Below are positions 27,042 to 38,131 of a stretch of 64,000 nucleotides of DNA, piece after piece; positions within the stretch are counted from its first letter, which is position 1, and the number at the start of each line of letters is the position of its first letter. This stretch comes from Macrostomum lignano (Eukaryota): NCBI GenBank assembly GCA_002269645.1, contig NIVC01001377.1, positions 237,632-301,631 on the forward strand. Direction: 5' to 3'. The notes under the pieces were generated by a model. That model was not told the origin of the DNA. It did not search any database and saw only the letters and a program-made list of their open reading frames with translations. The translations under genes were made by a program, and so were the position numbers.

Positions 27042-29998
27042 CTCTGAAATGACGCACTGTTTGCCTAATGCAATGTTTGCTTTTACCCTGGCGGCGGTAC
27101 TCGTCCCCCTCCTCTATTTTCTCTCTCCCCGTCCTTTCTCCCAGACAGCCAAAGAAGGCGCCTGAGTTCTGTTTTCACTAGACAGTGAGCTCACAAATCG
27201 TTCTCGCCCAGACTCAGCTCCGGCGCTCCGGGGCTGCTGCAGGGGTGGGCCTCAAACAGAGTCCGAGTCTCAGGGTTCGCCAGGTCGGCTTAGCGTTCTC
27301 AAGTGCCACGCTTTTTCAGCTGATCCATGATAGTCTCCGAGCTCAAAGCAGTCCCCTCTGCCCTTCCCAATGTACCTTTAATGTCCAAGGCTGAAGGCTC
27401 TTGACGTATTTAGCTTTCACACTCTTCTTAACCTCTCTTTGCATTTCTTGGTCAAGGCTTGCCACCCACTGAGAAAACGGAGCTGCCCATAGCTGCAGTT
27501 GAGTTTCAGAGATCGAACTGTCTTTTAGCGAATTACTTTTGCAAAATTGAAGTCTATTTATTATTCTTTCGTCATGGGAACACCTAAAAATATATGCGCT
27601 CGATTGTCGTCAGCTCAAATTCAGTTTTGATTCATAGCACTCATGACATTGCGAACAGTTACAAAAAGCTTTAATTAACAGACTATGATTCATACAGGAA
27701 CTTTTCCCAAACCATGTTTCGCATGTGGCTACTAATGCAAACAATTTTGGGGTTTCTATTTTTAGCAACAAAGAAATCTGCATGTACCTCACGAGTTCTT
27801 GACATTCATTGCCACAGAAAACTGGCCTAACAAGATATCTACCTGAGCACACTACTCTTTTACTTTGATAGTAGTATTGCGTGTTTACAATCTGTGTTGC
27901 GAAAACAAAACACTTTTTGTTTCGCTTTTTTTACTGTAACTTTTTAATGACCACCGCCCAGGTGTGCGGCAGCTTTGGAACCACCAGCAGCTGTGACTTT
28001 GACCCAGTTGAGGAGATTGGACCTGTCTGTGAGTAGAGCTAATAAAAATTGAATACATTTCAGATTTTTACGTGAGTAAGAAGCCATTTTAGCACAAGAA
28101 ATATATCAACAGAAGATTTTCTAATTGTTATGCAGAGAGACATATTCCTGTAGGTTAATTTTCGTAGAGAGCCTCATCTTATCGATTCCGCGCCATTAAT
28201 CAATTATTTACAGGCATGTCCGAGCGCATCTGGCTCCACATCGACGCTGCGTACGCCGGAGCTTTCCTATTCTGCCCAGAGTACCGACCGCTGATGCGTG
28301 GCATTGAATACGCCGATTCTTTCAACTTCAATCCGCACAAAATGATGCACGTCAACTTTGACTGCTCCGCACTGTTCCTGCGATGCGTGGAAGATTTGTT
28401 CGACGGTTTGAAGGTGAGAGTTTGGACCCTTTAGCTTAGACTTGTAGTTCAACAGGTTGGCGTTAGCCAGGGTTTTTAGTGGCCCAGGGGCTTTAGCACC
28501 AGGGGCTTTAGCACCCGGGTCTTTAGCACTAGGGACGTCAGCACAAGGGTCTTTAGCACCAGGGGCTTTAGCACCAGGGGCTTTAGCACCCGGGTCTTTA
28601 GCACTAGGGACGTCAGCACAAGGGTCTTTAGCACCAGGGGCTTTAGCACCAGGGGCTTTAGCACCAGGGGCTTTAGCACCCGGGTCTTTAGCACTAGGGA
28701 CGTCAGCACAAGGGTCTTTAGCACCATGGGCGCCAGCACCAGGGTCTTTAGCATCATGGGCGCCAGCACCAGTGTCTTTAGCACCACGGGCTTTAGCACA
28801 AAAAGCCCGTTACTTTTACTGGGGTGTGGGATTAGCCATTGCTTTTTCTGAGTATAATCTAGGGGCATTCTTATCAACATAACAGGAGGACCTGCTGTCG
28901 GGGCTAAAGCTGATGAAGATCTTCAAGGAGCAGGGCATCCCAGACTATCGGCACTGGGAAATTCCGCTGGGTCGTCGATTTCGCGCCCTGAAAATCTGGT
29001 TCGTCCTGCGCAGCATGGGCCTGCAGGGCCTTCGCAAGTCACTGCGACATCATGTCCAGATGGCCGACCACTTCGCAGAGAGAATGGGTGCCGACCCCGA
29101 GTTCGAGGTGCTGACCAAGAGTCTCGGCTTGGTGACTTTTCGGGTCAAGGTGAGGCTGAATCAATGCGCTCAGGAATTGAGCTTTGAAAGGTTTTAGCAA
29201 ACATTAGAACTACGCTCATAGAGCATAAATCATATACATTTATGCGCGTCGCAAATCTTCAAATTACTGTAGTCGTAGCAACTGCGAACACAAGTACCAA
29301 TATCTTCCATCCATCTACACGTAATTAGAGCTTTTTTTCAGCACTGAATAGTCACAGTGCCAGGACTACTAAGACTAGATTTACTACTCCTATTAACTAT
29401 AGTGGTCCTTGATCCAACCAACACAGATGAGCATTATAGCGAAAATTCACACGCACGCTTTCAGCTTCCCATCAGACCAGATGGCTCGTCCGCAGGCTCC
29501 GGAGTTTTAGTAAGTGGCGCGTCTAATGCTTACTGAAGAGTAAGTTTTGCTCTCAATTGCACCTCCGTTGGATTAGCATTGGTCTGTGCAATCAGTAAAC
29601 ATGAAAGAGCATGTTCATATCAAACTTGACCTTTTGAGGCTGATCTCAAACTATAGTTGCGATCTGGCTCGACCCAATCCCAGCAATTAAGACTCAACCA
29701 GCCTATTCCACTACTCCAGGACACGGACGCGGTGAACGCTCTGCTGTACAATCTGATCTGCGACGACGGACGAATCCACCTGAATGCGGCCGAGACGGGC
29801 AACCCGCCAACCTACTACCTGCGCTTCGTGTGCACCTCGCACGCCGAACAGAAAGACGTCGATTTCGCCTTCGACGTCATCAAGAGCCTGACAGCCCGTC
29901 TGCGTAGTCGGCGACTGTCGCTCAGCGAGGTGCAGGCCGAGCGTGAGAAGATGCTCAACAATCTGGCCCAGCAGCGCCGCATCACCAGCACCGGTTGA
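24931..29998 (+). CDS. Group II PLP-dependent aromatic L-amino acid decarboxylase (DDC/TDC/HDC family), 7 exons, 580 aa
   Basis: Exons 24931-25350, 25902-26267, 26369-26515, 27962-28028, 28214-28413, 28886-29149, 29720-29998; all GT-AG and phase matched (1743 nt). Motifs: QMVDYVADY, VQPGYL, ITHWNHPNFHAYYP, GFSW, HIDAAYAG, SFNFNPHK (PLP Lys), DYRHWEIPLGRRFRALK, LRF. Confidence 0.95.
25902..26267 (+). CDS. Decarboxylase exon 2
   Basis: CCGCAG|ITHWNHP..YSTDQ|GTAAAA. Confidence 0.95.
26369..26515 (+). CDS. Decarboxylase exon 3
   Basis: TCGCAG|THSMIVRNASFIG..DKAKGRIPFF|GTGAGT. Confidence 0.92.
26992..27038. repeat. (CT)n dinucleotide microsatellite in decarboxylase intron 3
   Basis: Direct inspection. 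Confidence 0.95.
27962..28028 (+). CDS. Decarboxylase exon 4
   Basis: GCCCAG|VCGSFGTTSSCDFDPVEEIGPV|GTGAGT. Confidence 0.92.
28214..28413 (+). CDS. Decarboxylase exon 5 (PLP lysine)
   Basis: TTACAG|..WLHIDAAYAG..NPHK..EDLFDGLK|GTGAGA. Confidence 0.93.
28470..28800. repeat. 15-bp minisatellite (GGGG/TCTTTAGCACCA) with about 75-bp higher-order unit, in decarboxylase intron 5
   Basis: Direct inspection. Confidence 0.92.
28886..29149 (+). CDS. Decarboxylase exon 6
   Basis: TAACAG|EDLLSGLK..DYRHWEIPLGRRFR..TFRVK|GTGAGG. Confidence 0.9.
29720..29998 (+). CDS. Decarboxylase exon 7
   Basis: CTCCAG|DTDAVN..IHL..YYLRFVCT..TSTG* (TGA 29996-29998). Confidence 0.92.
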   Translation, partial: DTDAVNALLYNLICDDGRIHLNAAETGNPPTYYLRFVCTSHAEQKDVDFAFDVIKSLTARLRSRRLSLSEVQAEREKMLNNLAQQRRITSTG

Positions 29999-31904
29999 AT
30001 TTACACGGCTATCGGATTAGATATTATTCATTACGTTGAAAGTGCAGGAAGATACGCCAAGGACAAAGAGCTGTTTTAAATATTGAAACTTCTCTGAAGG
30101 TTGCTTCGTGTTTTAATATCTGTTGATGGGCATGTTATATAATAGCATAGTAAGAAAGGCATAAAAGCACAAACAAGTCCTTCCTTTGAATTATTTCTAT
30201 CTGACTATTTTCATTTTATGCAGTGGTTTAAATGAAAATCGCTAGTCGCATGAGGCTTATAGCTCTAGAATAACAGAAGTTAAGGTGTGATTCAATTTAT
30301 TAATGAGCCTATTTTTTTAACCAAAACCATTCGTTCATCCATGGGGACGCTAATAAACTTTTTTCTCAACAAATTTTTTGCATCGCTGTTTATTTTTGAA
30401 ATTTTAAACGATCCTATTGTATTTGAAAAGCGCCAAAATCTTTAATTTCTACGACATATGAGTTTTTAAATTCAGTAAACTTTCCCGAATGAATTTTTTT
30501 TTTAAATGCACAGCCATAAATTTTAACTTTTACGAGTACAAAGATTTGAAATGTTTCTGTCTGTTGGTATTTTCCTTGTTTTTTATTGCATTAACGATGT
30601 TTTTTAAGAGCTAACTCATTGAACTTTTACATGTACACAGCTAGTACGTTATTTGCTCTCTCCTACGATTCTGCACTCTTTTTAAACTATTAAAAGTAGT
30701 AAATTCAAAATCTTTCTGTTCTAAAAACCCGATTTACTGGTCTGAACCTTGACCAGACAAAAACGTTACAGAGTACGATTTTTTATAAATTCCCGTTAAA
30801 AACAGTAAAAAAGCACTTAGTGCACCTTACTCCACTGTTTTATTTGAACAAAATTGACAATTATATAAACAAATCAACTACTTTTCGGATGAAAGTTGTA
30901 AAACAATCATTTTCTGTTACTATTTAGTGTCTGAGTCAAGCATTTTCGCATCCAAATTCAAGTCGAGGTTCAGTCATTCTACTGACCAATAGCCATGAAG
31001 TAGTATTGGTGGAAACTGACGACACGCTTGCATCTGACTATCGAAATGCCCTGTTTGAATAAAATCTGCTGACTGACCAATGAGGATCTTTCGAAATCCA
31101 GGACTCTCCAGTGAGGGCATTTGCCAATATAATAAACCATTTTTGATGTTACTTCGGCTATAGAAGCTGTTTATGGGACTCTCTGGAGCTACTGTAATTC
31201 TGAAACAAAGAAATCTTAGTCACGGCCAAGAAAGATTCGGCTCCGCCAATAAGTCAGGAGTCCTTCAAGACCAAAAAAACTTCTCTTCTTTGAACAGGAC
31301 GGAAGCGAGCACCTGAAAGTCAGTTGGAAGCTCCCTCCAGAGAGAGAAATACGTTGAGGCGGAATAGAAAATCAATTGAGAAAAGACAACAATAAGTCTC
31401 TCCCCCCTCCGCCTACATTTCCAACCCCTCAACTTCTGCTTTCCAATTTTTTATTGTGCACAACAGTGTTTTTGTCCTGTTTTCTTAAGAATTTTCCCGT
31501 GTATAGTCAGTCCCTTAGACAGCCCGATTCTTTTAAGTTCTGCATTCCCCCGACAGAAAGACCCAGGAAGTCACGCAGAGCAAAAAGAAGCAGCACGAGA
31601 GTAGAGTTGCAGAATTTGTCTTTGACTTTGAGAGAACAGGAGGAAGATCTGAGCTGACATGGTGACATCTGCAAAGCGGTGAAACTCGGCAGCTCCGGAG
31701 CTCTACAAGAAGACTGCGAATTCCTTTCTCTTGAGGAAGCAATTGCAGGCTTTGAATTGACAATTCCTGTTCGCGATCAAATTTGACAAAGTTGGCAAGC
31801 TGTCACCCGAGTTGTCATCAAAATTTAGTCCATCCTGACAACAATCTTTGTCGTAAGTTAAATATCGTTTCTACAAAAGGATCAGTTTGATTTCAAACGC
31901 GGTC

Positions 31905-32240
31905 ACAGTAATTTGCAGAGTGGTTAGAGCGTCGGATCGACTCACGACTTGAAGGTCGGGGTTTCTATTCCCGATCCGATCCCACTCGGAACAATTTGAG
32001 TCCTTGAGCAATACTTTTAACTCTGCTTCAGTTCACCCAGCTGTAAAATGGGTGCCAGCATTAGCTGGGCTAATTGGGGGTGTGTGTGACGACCTCCCAG
32101 TCCTTGGACTGAGCAGCCGTACGCAGCCTTCAGATGCGCCGCGCAATAGCTGCGGCTGAGCTGTCGTTGATTACAGATGTAATCAAATATTACATCTGAA
32201 GGCAGATGTAATCAGCTATTATTAATCATCATTATTGTTC
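31905..32240 (+). mobile_element. SINE family B (tRNA head + CORE-like central domain + ATT-rich tail)
   Basis: A-box-like gagtggttagagc and B-box-like gggtttctattccc, then gtccttgagcaa..ttaactct..ttcacccagctgtaaaatggg; homologous to the reverse complement of 33360-33606. Confidence 0.8.
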
Positions 32241-33157
32241 AAAAAATCAGTTTGACGTGCGATTTGTAGCGCCATACATGTACATCATTTTGCGTATATT
32301 TATGTGCCTGTCTATGTAAATTATACTTGTAGCAGCCAACACAAGTGCACCCGGTTTCAGAGAGGTGAAAATATTAACAACGATTCATGGAAGCGTTTGC
32401 AAGTAGAATCACCACTCGGCATAGTGCATAATGTTATAATGTCCACTACCGAACTAACTACAGTGTATATCTGCGTGTGAGTGTGTCCTCGGGGTCAGCA
32501 AAAAATGAGAGCCTACATTACTTACCGGCCTACATCTAATTTCTAAAAAATCGTACCGCTCTTAGTTACTTTGTGAGTAAGAATTGAATTGTCATCTAGC
32601 TCAAAATTCAATCATATGTATCTCAGGACTATGAATTTTGATGCCGGTATTTATTTCAAAGATTCGCCGAAAATAAGGCCATAGGCAACGTGCTGTTGCT
32701 GATCCTCATTTTTCTCATAGCTGGTCAATCCCCCGAGCAACTGCGCATTGCATGCACAAATTCCTTCTCTAACAGAAATGCAGCGCCGCCGCTCCCACGG
32801 AACCAAGGCGGGTGCAGGGATCTTGTCTAGCGATCGGGCCAGCACTTTTCAGGGAACTTAACCAGCCCGACATGCCAAACCGGATGAAAAATCCAATGAA
32901 CCCGCCGCGTGAAGAAAAAATTTGGGATAGGAGAGCGATGTGATGATGAAACCAGGATGAAGGGGAAAATTATCCTCTGACATGAATGCCGAAAGTGTTC
33001 TGCCACCGATGCAGAAGAACACTCTTAGTTGCTGTGCGGCTCATGGATAATGACCTTTCCTCAGCAGATCCTCCAATACCACCATTCCAAGCCATGCCAG
33101 CTCGTGAACTACATGTATTAGTCTGCATTTTCATCACTTTCTTCACGATAGTAAAAC

Positions 33158-33197
33158 CAGGGACTACTCAAACACTTGAGTGTTTGAGTAGTCCCTG
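33158..33197. mobile_element. 40-bp hAT-like miniature element (18-bp perfect TIRs, 4-nt spacer, 8-bp TSD)
   Basis: AGTAAAAC|CAGGGACTACTCAAACAC-TTGA-GTGTTTGAGTAGTCCCTG|AGTAAAAC. Confidence 0.85.
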
Positions 33198-33359
33198 AGT
33201 AAAACTCTTCTCGAGCTAGTTTTTATCGGTATTAAGTTAGGGTTCGAGAAGTTGAGAAGGCAAGTTTAGTTAGTTATTCGTCAGTGACCTTTTTAGATCC
33301 GAGACACCAGCGAACACGCAGCCAGTGACTAGACAAGCATGCATGTCTATCACAGTGAT

Positions 33360-33606
33360 ACTAATAATAATTGATTACACCTTCAGATGTGCAACCGACA
33401 GCTTAGCCGCAGCTGCTGTTCAGTCCAAGGACTGCGGGGGTCGCCACACATTTAGTGACAAATCCTGGCACCCATTTTGACAGCTGGGTGAACCTAAATC
33501 AATGCAAGAGTTAAGTGTCTTGCTCAAGGACACAAATTGTTGGATCGGGAATCGAACCCCCGATCATCAAGTCGTGACTCCGACGCTCTAACCCCTAGGC
33601 TACAGT
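33360..33606 (-). mobile_element. SINE family B, second copy
   Basis: Minus strand reads tagcctaggggttagagcg (A box), ggggttcgattccc (B box), tgtgtccttgagcaagacacttaactct, gttcacccagctgtcaaaatggg, then an ATT tail. Confidence 0.85.
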
Positions 33607-35264
33607 AAAAAGAAATATTTGCCTATTATACATGTAGTACTGGCCAGGTAAAGGTGCCTGAGCGGAAGATACGGGATAAAGGAGAAGAATTAGGAGGGTA
33701 AAACAAGGCTTCTCCCATCGTCTTTTTTCGATCGCCGCTGCTTAGGATAAACTCGAGCGCAGCTCTAGTGGCTTCCTGCCAGCCCGTATCGACAATATTG
33801 TTGAGCAGTTTCTATCCGTCTTTCACGCGGAGGGAGCTAATTCCCCAGCTTTGAGTTGTACTCGTACTAATCAGTGTGTGTGTGTGTCTCTCACCGCCCC
33901 TCGGGTTGAGACGGCTCTGGGCTCCGTGGGATCTGCAACAGCTCATTGACGGATTTGGCTTACTCGTGCAAATCAATATCAGCAAAACCGTATAGGGTAA
34001 GACTCGGACTCAAGAGGATAACAGATAGTTGTGGCTTAACATCTATCCGCAGCTGAGTTGGTATGAGGGCACATATCCTTAACAAAGCAACCAATGTTTA
34101 GTTGACAAACTCAACTTAAGGAAGGTTTTAATTAGTTAGGGTTTTAAGACTCTCAGCATAGGCAATATTATTATTAGAATCAATTAGCCAAGTACATTAC
34201 AGGCGCTCCGTGTGGGAGCATTCAGTCGGTTCTTGTTTAGCTAAGAAGGTGAGACTGGGCAAATATTGGCTGATGGGGTTACACTTGAAGCTGCACGAGG
34301 CACCGTGGGCCTTGGGTATCTGAAAACAATTTCATTAGAAAATCAATACCCAGAGACGAAATGAGACTGAGAAGAACAATATTTAGACTAAAACAGAGAC
34401 AGGCAAGCAGCAGGACCAAAAGCATACATAATGGCTTTAGTATGTAACAATCTGGACATACCAGTGTTGCATAACCCACTGAGCGGTGCAACTGCCAGGC
34501 GACAGACAAACTTTAGCGCAAATCCGCCACTTGCACCTTGAAAAATCGATACACATGGCCAGCTAATTTTCGCTGCTTTCGCTTTCCTCCCATTTAAGCC
34601 ACAGAGCCAGATCCGGAACGGACAGCAAGGATGCAGTTTCCACTAAACGGAGAAGCGAACGAACGCAGCGGCATCCCAGCTTTCTGCCGGGAAAAAAATT
34701 GACGGCAGTTTTCCTTTTCTCTTCCCCCGATAAACAGTTATCCCGCAGTTCAAGTGACTTCCCTGACTGCGCTGGGTAGCTGGGATCCTGAAAAAGGTGG
34801 CCCAGATCTGCACCAGCGGGAAAAAAACAGGGCGGAAAAAACTCCCCGCTCCCTGTGTCCAAAAAGCAGTCACGCTGGAAAGAAAATCCAAACTAACTTT
34901 TTCCCGGTGGCCTGGGTTGGATCCTCTTTTCGCAATGTTTTTCATCGACATGACTAATTAAAACTTTAGCAAATAGCTATTGAGAAACTTATTAGCTAAG
35001 AATAAAAATGATTTGAAGCTTAGATTCTAAGTAGAATTCACTTTTTGACGGAGGACTAATTTAACCAAGAGAGGTCGCTGGCTGGATGCTCTGCGCGGGA
35101 AATGCGATGCGATTCACCTCGACTTTCTAATTAGCCACTTGTTAGCTGCTGAAGCGGCTTGATCGATTTTAGTTGAGCCGCTTCAGCACTGGCCAATTGA
35201 CACTTCGCATGCAGCTGGAGCAAATTCATCTCGAGACTGAATTCAACTGCTGAGGGGCTAGAAA

Positions 35265-35975
<711 letters not shown>

Positions 35976-36213
35976 GGTAAGCAATCAGAGGCCATGTGTG
36001 AATTCAAACTTCCACCGAATAAATTCTGGGCCAACAGTGGGATGATCAATCAAACAAACTTTTTCTATTTAAATCTGATTTAGTTTGGAAAGTTTTCCGT
36101 CAGCTTCTCAATGTCTGGTTGGATCAATAAAACGGGATGAAGAAGTGTTGTTTTAAATTCAATCACTGCATGAGTTTAAAGTCCAACTGGATCCATTGAG
36201 TCAGGATTGAGTT

Positions 36214-36216
36214 TGC

Positions 36217-36250
<34 letters not shown>

Positions 36251-36310
36251 GCTGTCAGTCTGTCCGTCTGTCTGTCTGTGTCTGTCTGCCTGTCTGTCTG
36301 TCTGTCTGCC

Positions 36311-36367
<57 letters not shown>

Positions 36368-36460
36368 TTCTGTCTGTCTGTCTGTCTTTCTGTCTGTCTG
36401 TTTGTCTGTCTGTCTGTGTCTGTCTGCCTGCCTGTCTGTCTGTCTGTCTGTCTGTCTGTG

Positions 36461-36497
<37 letters not shown>

Positions 36498-36535
36498 GCC
36501 TGTCTGTATGTCTGTCTGTCTGTCTGTCTCTCTGT
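36214..36535. repeat. (TGTC)n microsatellite (inverted relative to 35265-35975)
   Basis: Direct inspection. Confidence 0.97.
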
Positions 36536-37775
36536 TTGATTGTCTTATAGTACTTGTCTCTAATTGGCGAATTTTTTATTCACTTCTACACACAACAGAT
36601 TCAGCTCTGCATATCTGTTCAATTATTTCTCTCGCTAGCTACCAGAGAACGAAGCGAGAGTACACAGCACTAACAGAATATTTATTTATAGCGTCTGCAG
36701 GCAGCTTAGCTAAGTGCCCACCTCCCATAGGCGATGGATTTCATAAGCCCGCCAAATCAAGCTGGTCTCGCCCAAGAGTTCCGAAGTCTCGGAAACAAAA
36801 AATGAGCAAACGAAGAGTCCGGTCATATGTCGGGGTAGTGAGTCGCACTTTGAGTCGCCCCTCACGCACCCTAGTGCTGAGAATCGGAGCAAGCAGGGTG
36901 CAGAGAGTGGCCCACCACCCACTCTTTGCCAGCAAGTGCCGCTTGTTGAAGACGCGAGAGGGAAGGAGGGAGGGTTGCGTGACGAAAGACATCTAGCTCG
37001 CGTGAGCAATGACTGCTCAGCTCTAATCTACTCAAGGCCTCCTTCTTGGGATCTGCTCAGACCCACTTGCCGCCTTTGCCATGTCTATTTTAAGCGTCTT
37101 TCTTTCAGCTCTTCAAACTCATCCCTTACCTACACCCACAGCCCTGAGTCCATCAGTCCAACAGAGACACAGAAGGGCGGGAGTGAGACAGCAGGCAGCT
37201 TGAGCTGTTTAACTTGCAATTCCTCAGACTTTTCTGCAACTGGTCAGCTGCCATTGCTGCTGCTAATACAACGGAACTAATTTCGCTTTTCCCATTGAAG
37301 TTTTGAAAAGCCACCCCCGCAAGTCAAACTCACCACTGGATGGCACTCAGCCTACCAGCTCACCAGCTCATTAATGATTAATTGTACCAGAGAGTGCTTG
37401 CGTAAAGTCTAACTCTGGACACCCGTCAGGCACTCCCTGACGTCCCTCTTATCATGATTATTGTTCAAAGTAATTTGCTGCTTTTAATGCCTAGAATCGC
37501 TGGATATTGAAGGGAAAGTTGAGTAAAGGGAGAGTTTTTGGGGGATGGAAAATTCTACGGGGGTCATTGAGAGATCTACAATATTAGCAATAGTAAAAAT
37601 CTGTCTGTGACAGACAGTCTGTGTATTTCATAGACGTTTTATATTTTTTTCTATATCTATATATCAATGTCCACAATGGTAGATTGTTTCTATGGTTTTA
37701 GAGACAGACAATCATTGAGTTTTCACGATGAGTAGCCAAGCCATGAGCATAGATTAAGAAGTATCATGGATTGCT

Positions 37776-38131
37776 GGGGGCCGTAGCCCAGCGGTAGCGC
37801 AGCTGCTCTGGTGTGCCGCGACCCAGGCTCGATTCCAAGTGCAGCCACATTAATTTGGGGCTGGATTGGAATCTTGGCTTGGCTCGCTTGTGCAATTAAC
37901 GGCCTTGAGAGCCAACCCCCCCAAGGCGCAGTGAAGTGTACATGCCTAACAATTGATAAAGTTAGGGCCGCTGTACATGTACACTCCTGTGTGAGTGTGT
38001 GCCTGCGTAACGTATCCGCGCGCTTGTATGCCTGCTCAGGGGAGTCGGCGGCCTCTCGCCGGTTGTGTGCCAATGACGCTTAAATTGCGCCAAGGTGCAC
38101 ACAACCCCCCTGCCTCTAAAAAAAAAAAAAA
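37776..38131 (+). mobile_element. SINE family A, full-length copy with poly(A) and 13-bp TSD
   Basis: GGGGGCCGTAGCCCAGCGGTAG (A box), GGCTCGATTCC (B box), poly(A) at 38118-38131, TSD ATCATGGATTGCT at 37763-37775 and 38132-38144. Confidence 0.93.

Noticed and set aside
28457-28882. 141-aa ALAPG-repeat ORF in decarboxylase intron 5
   Set aside because: It is a product of the 15-bp minisatellite and has no ATG or splice link in phase with the flanking exons.
32640-33120. Short ORFs on both strands between the SINE B copies
   Set aside because: No recognisable domain and no consistent splice chain.
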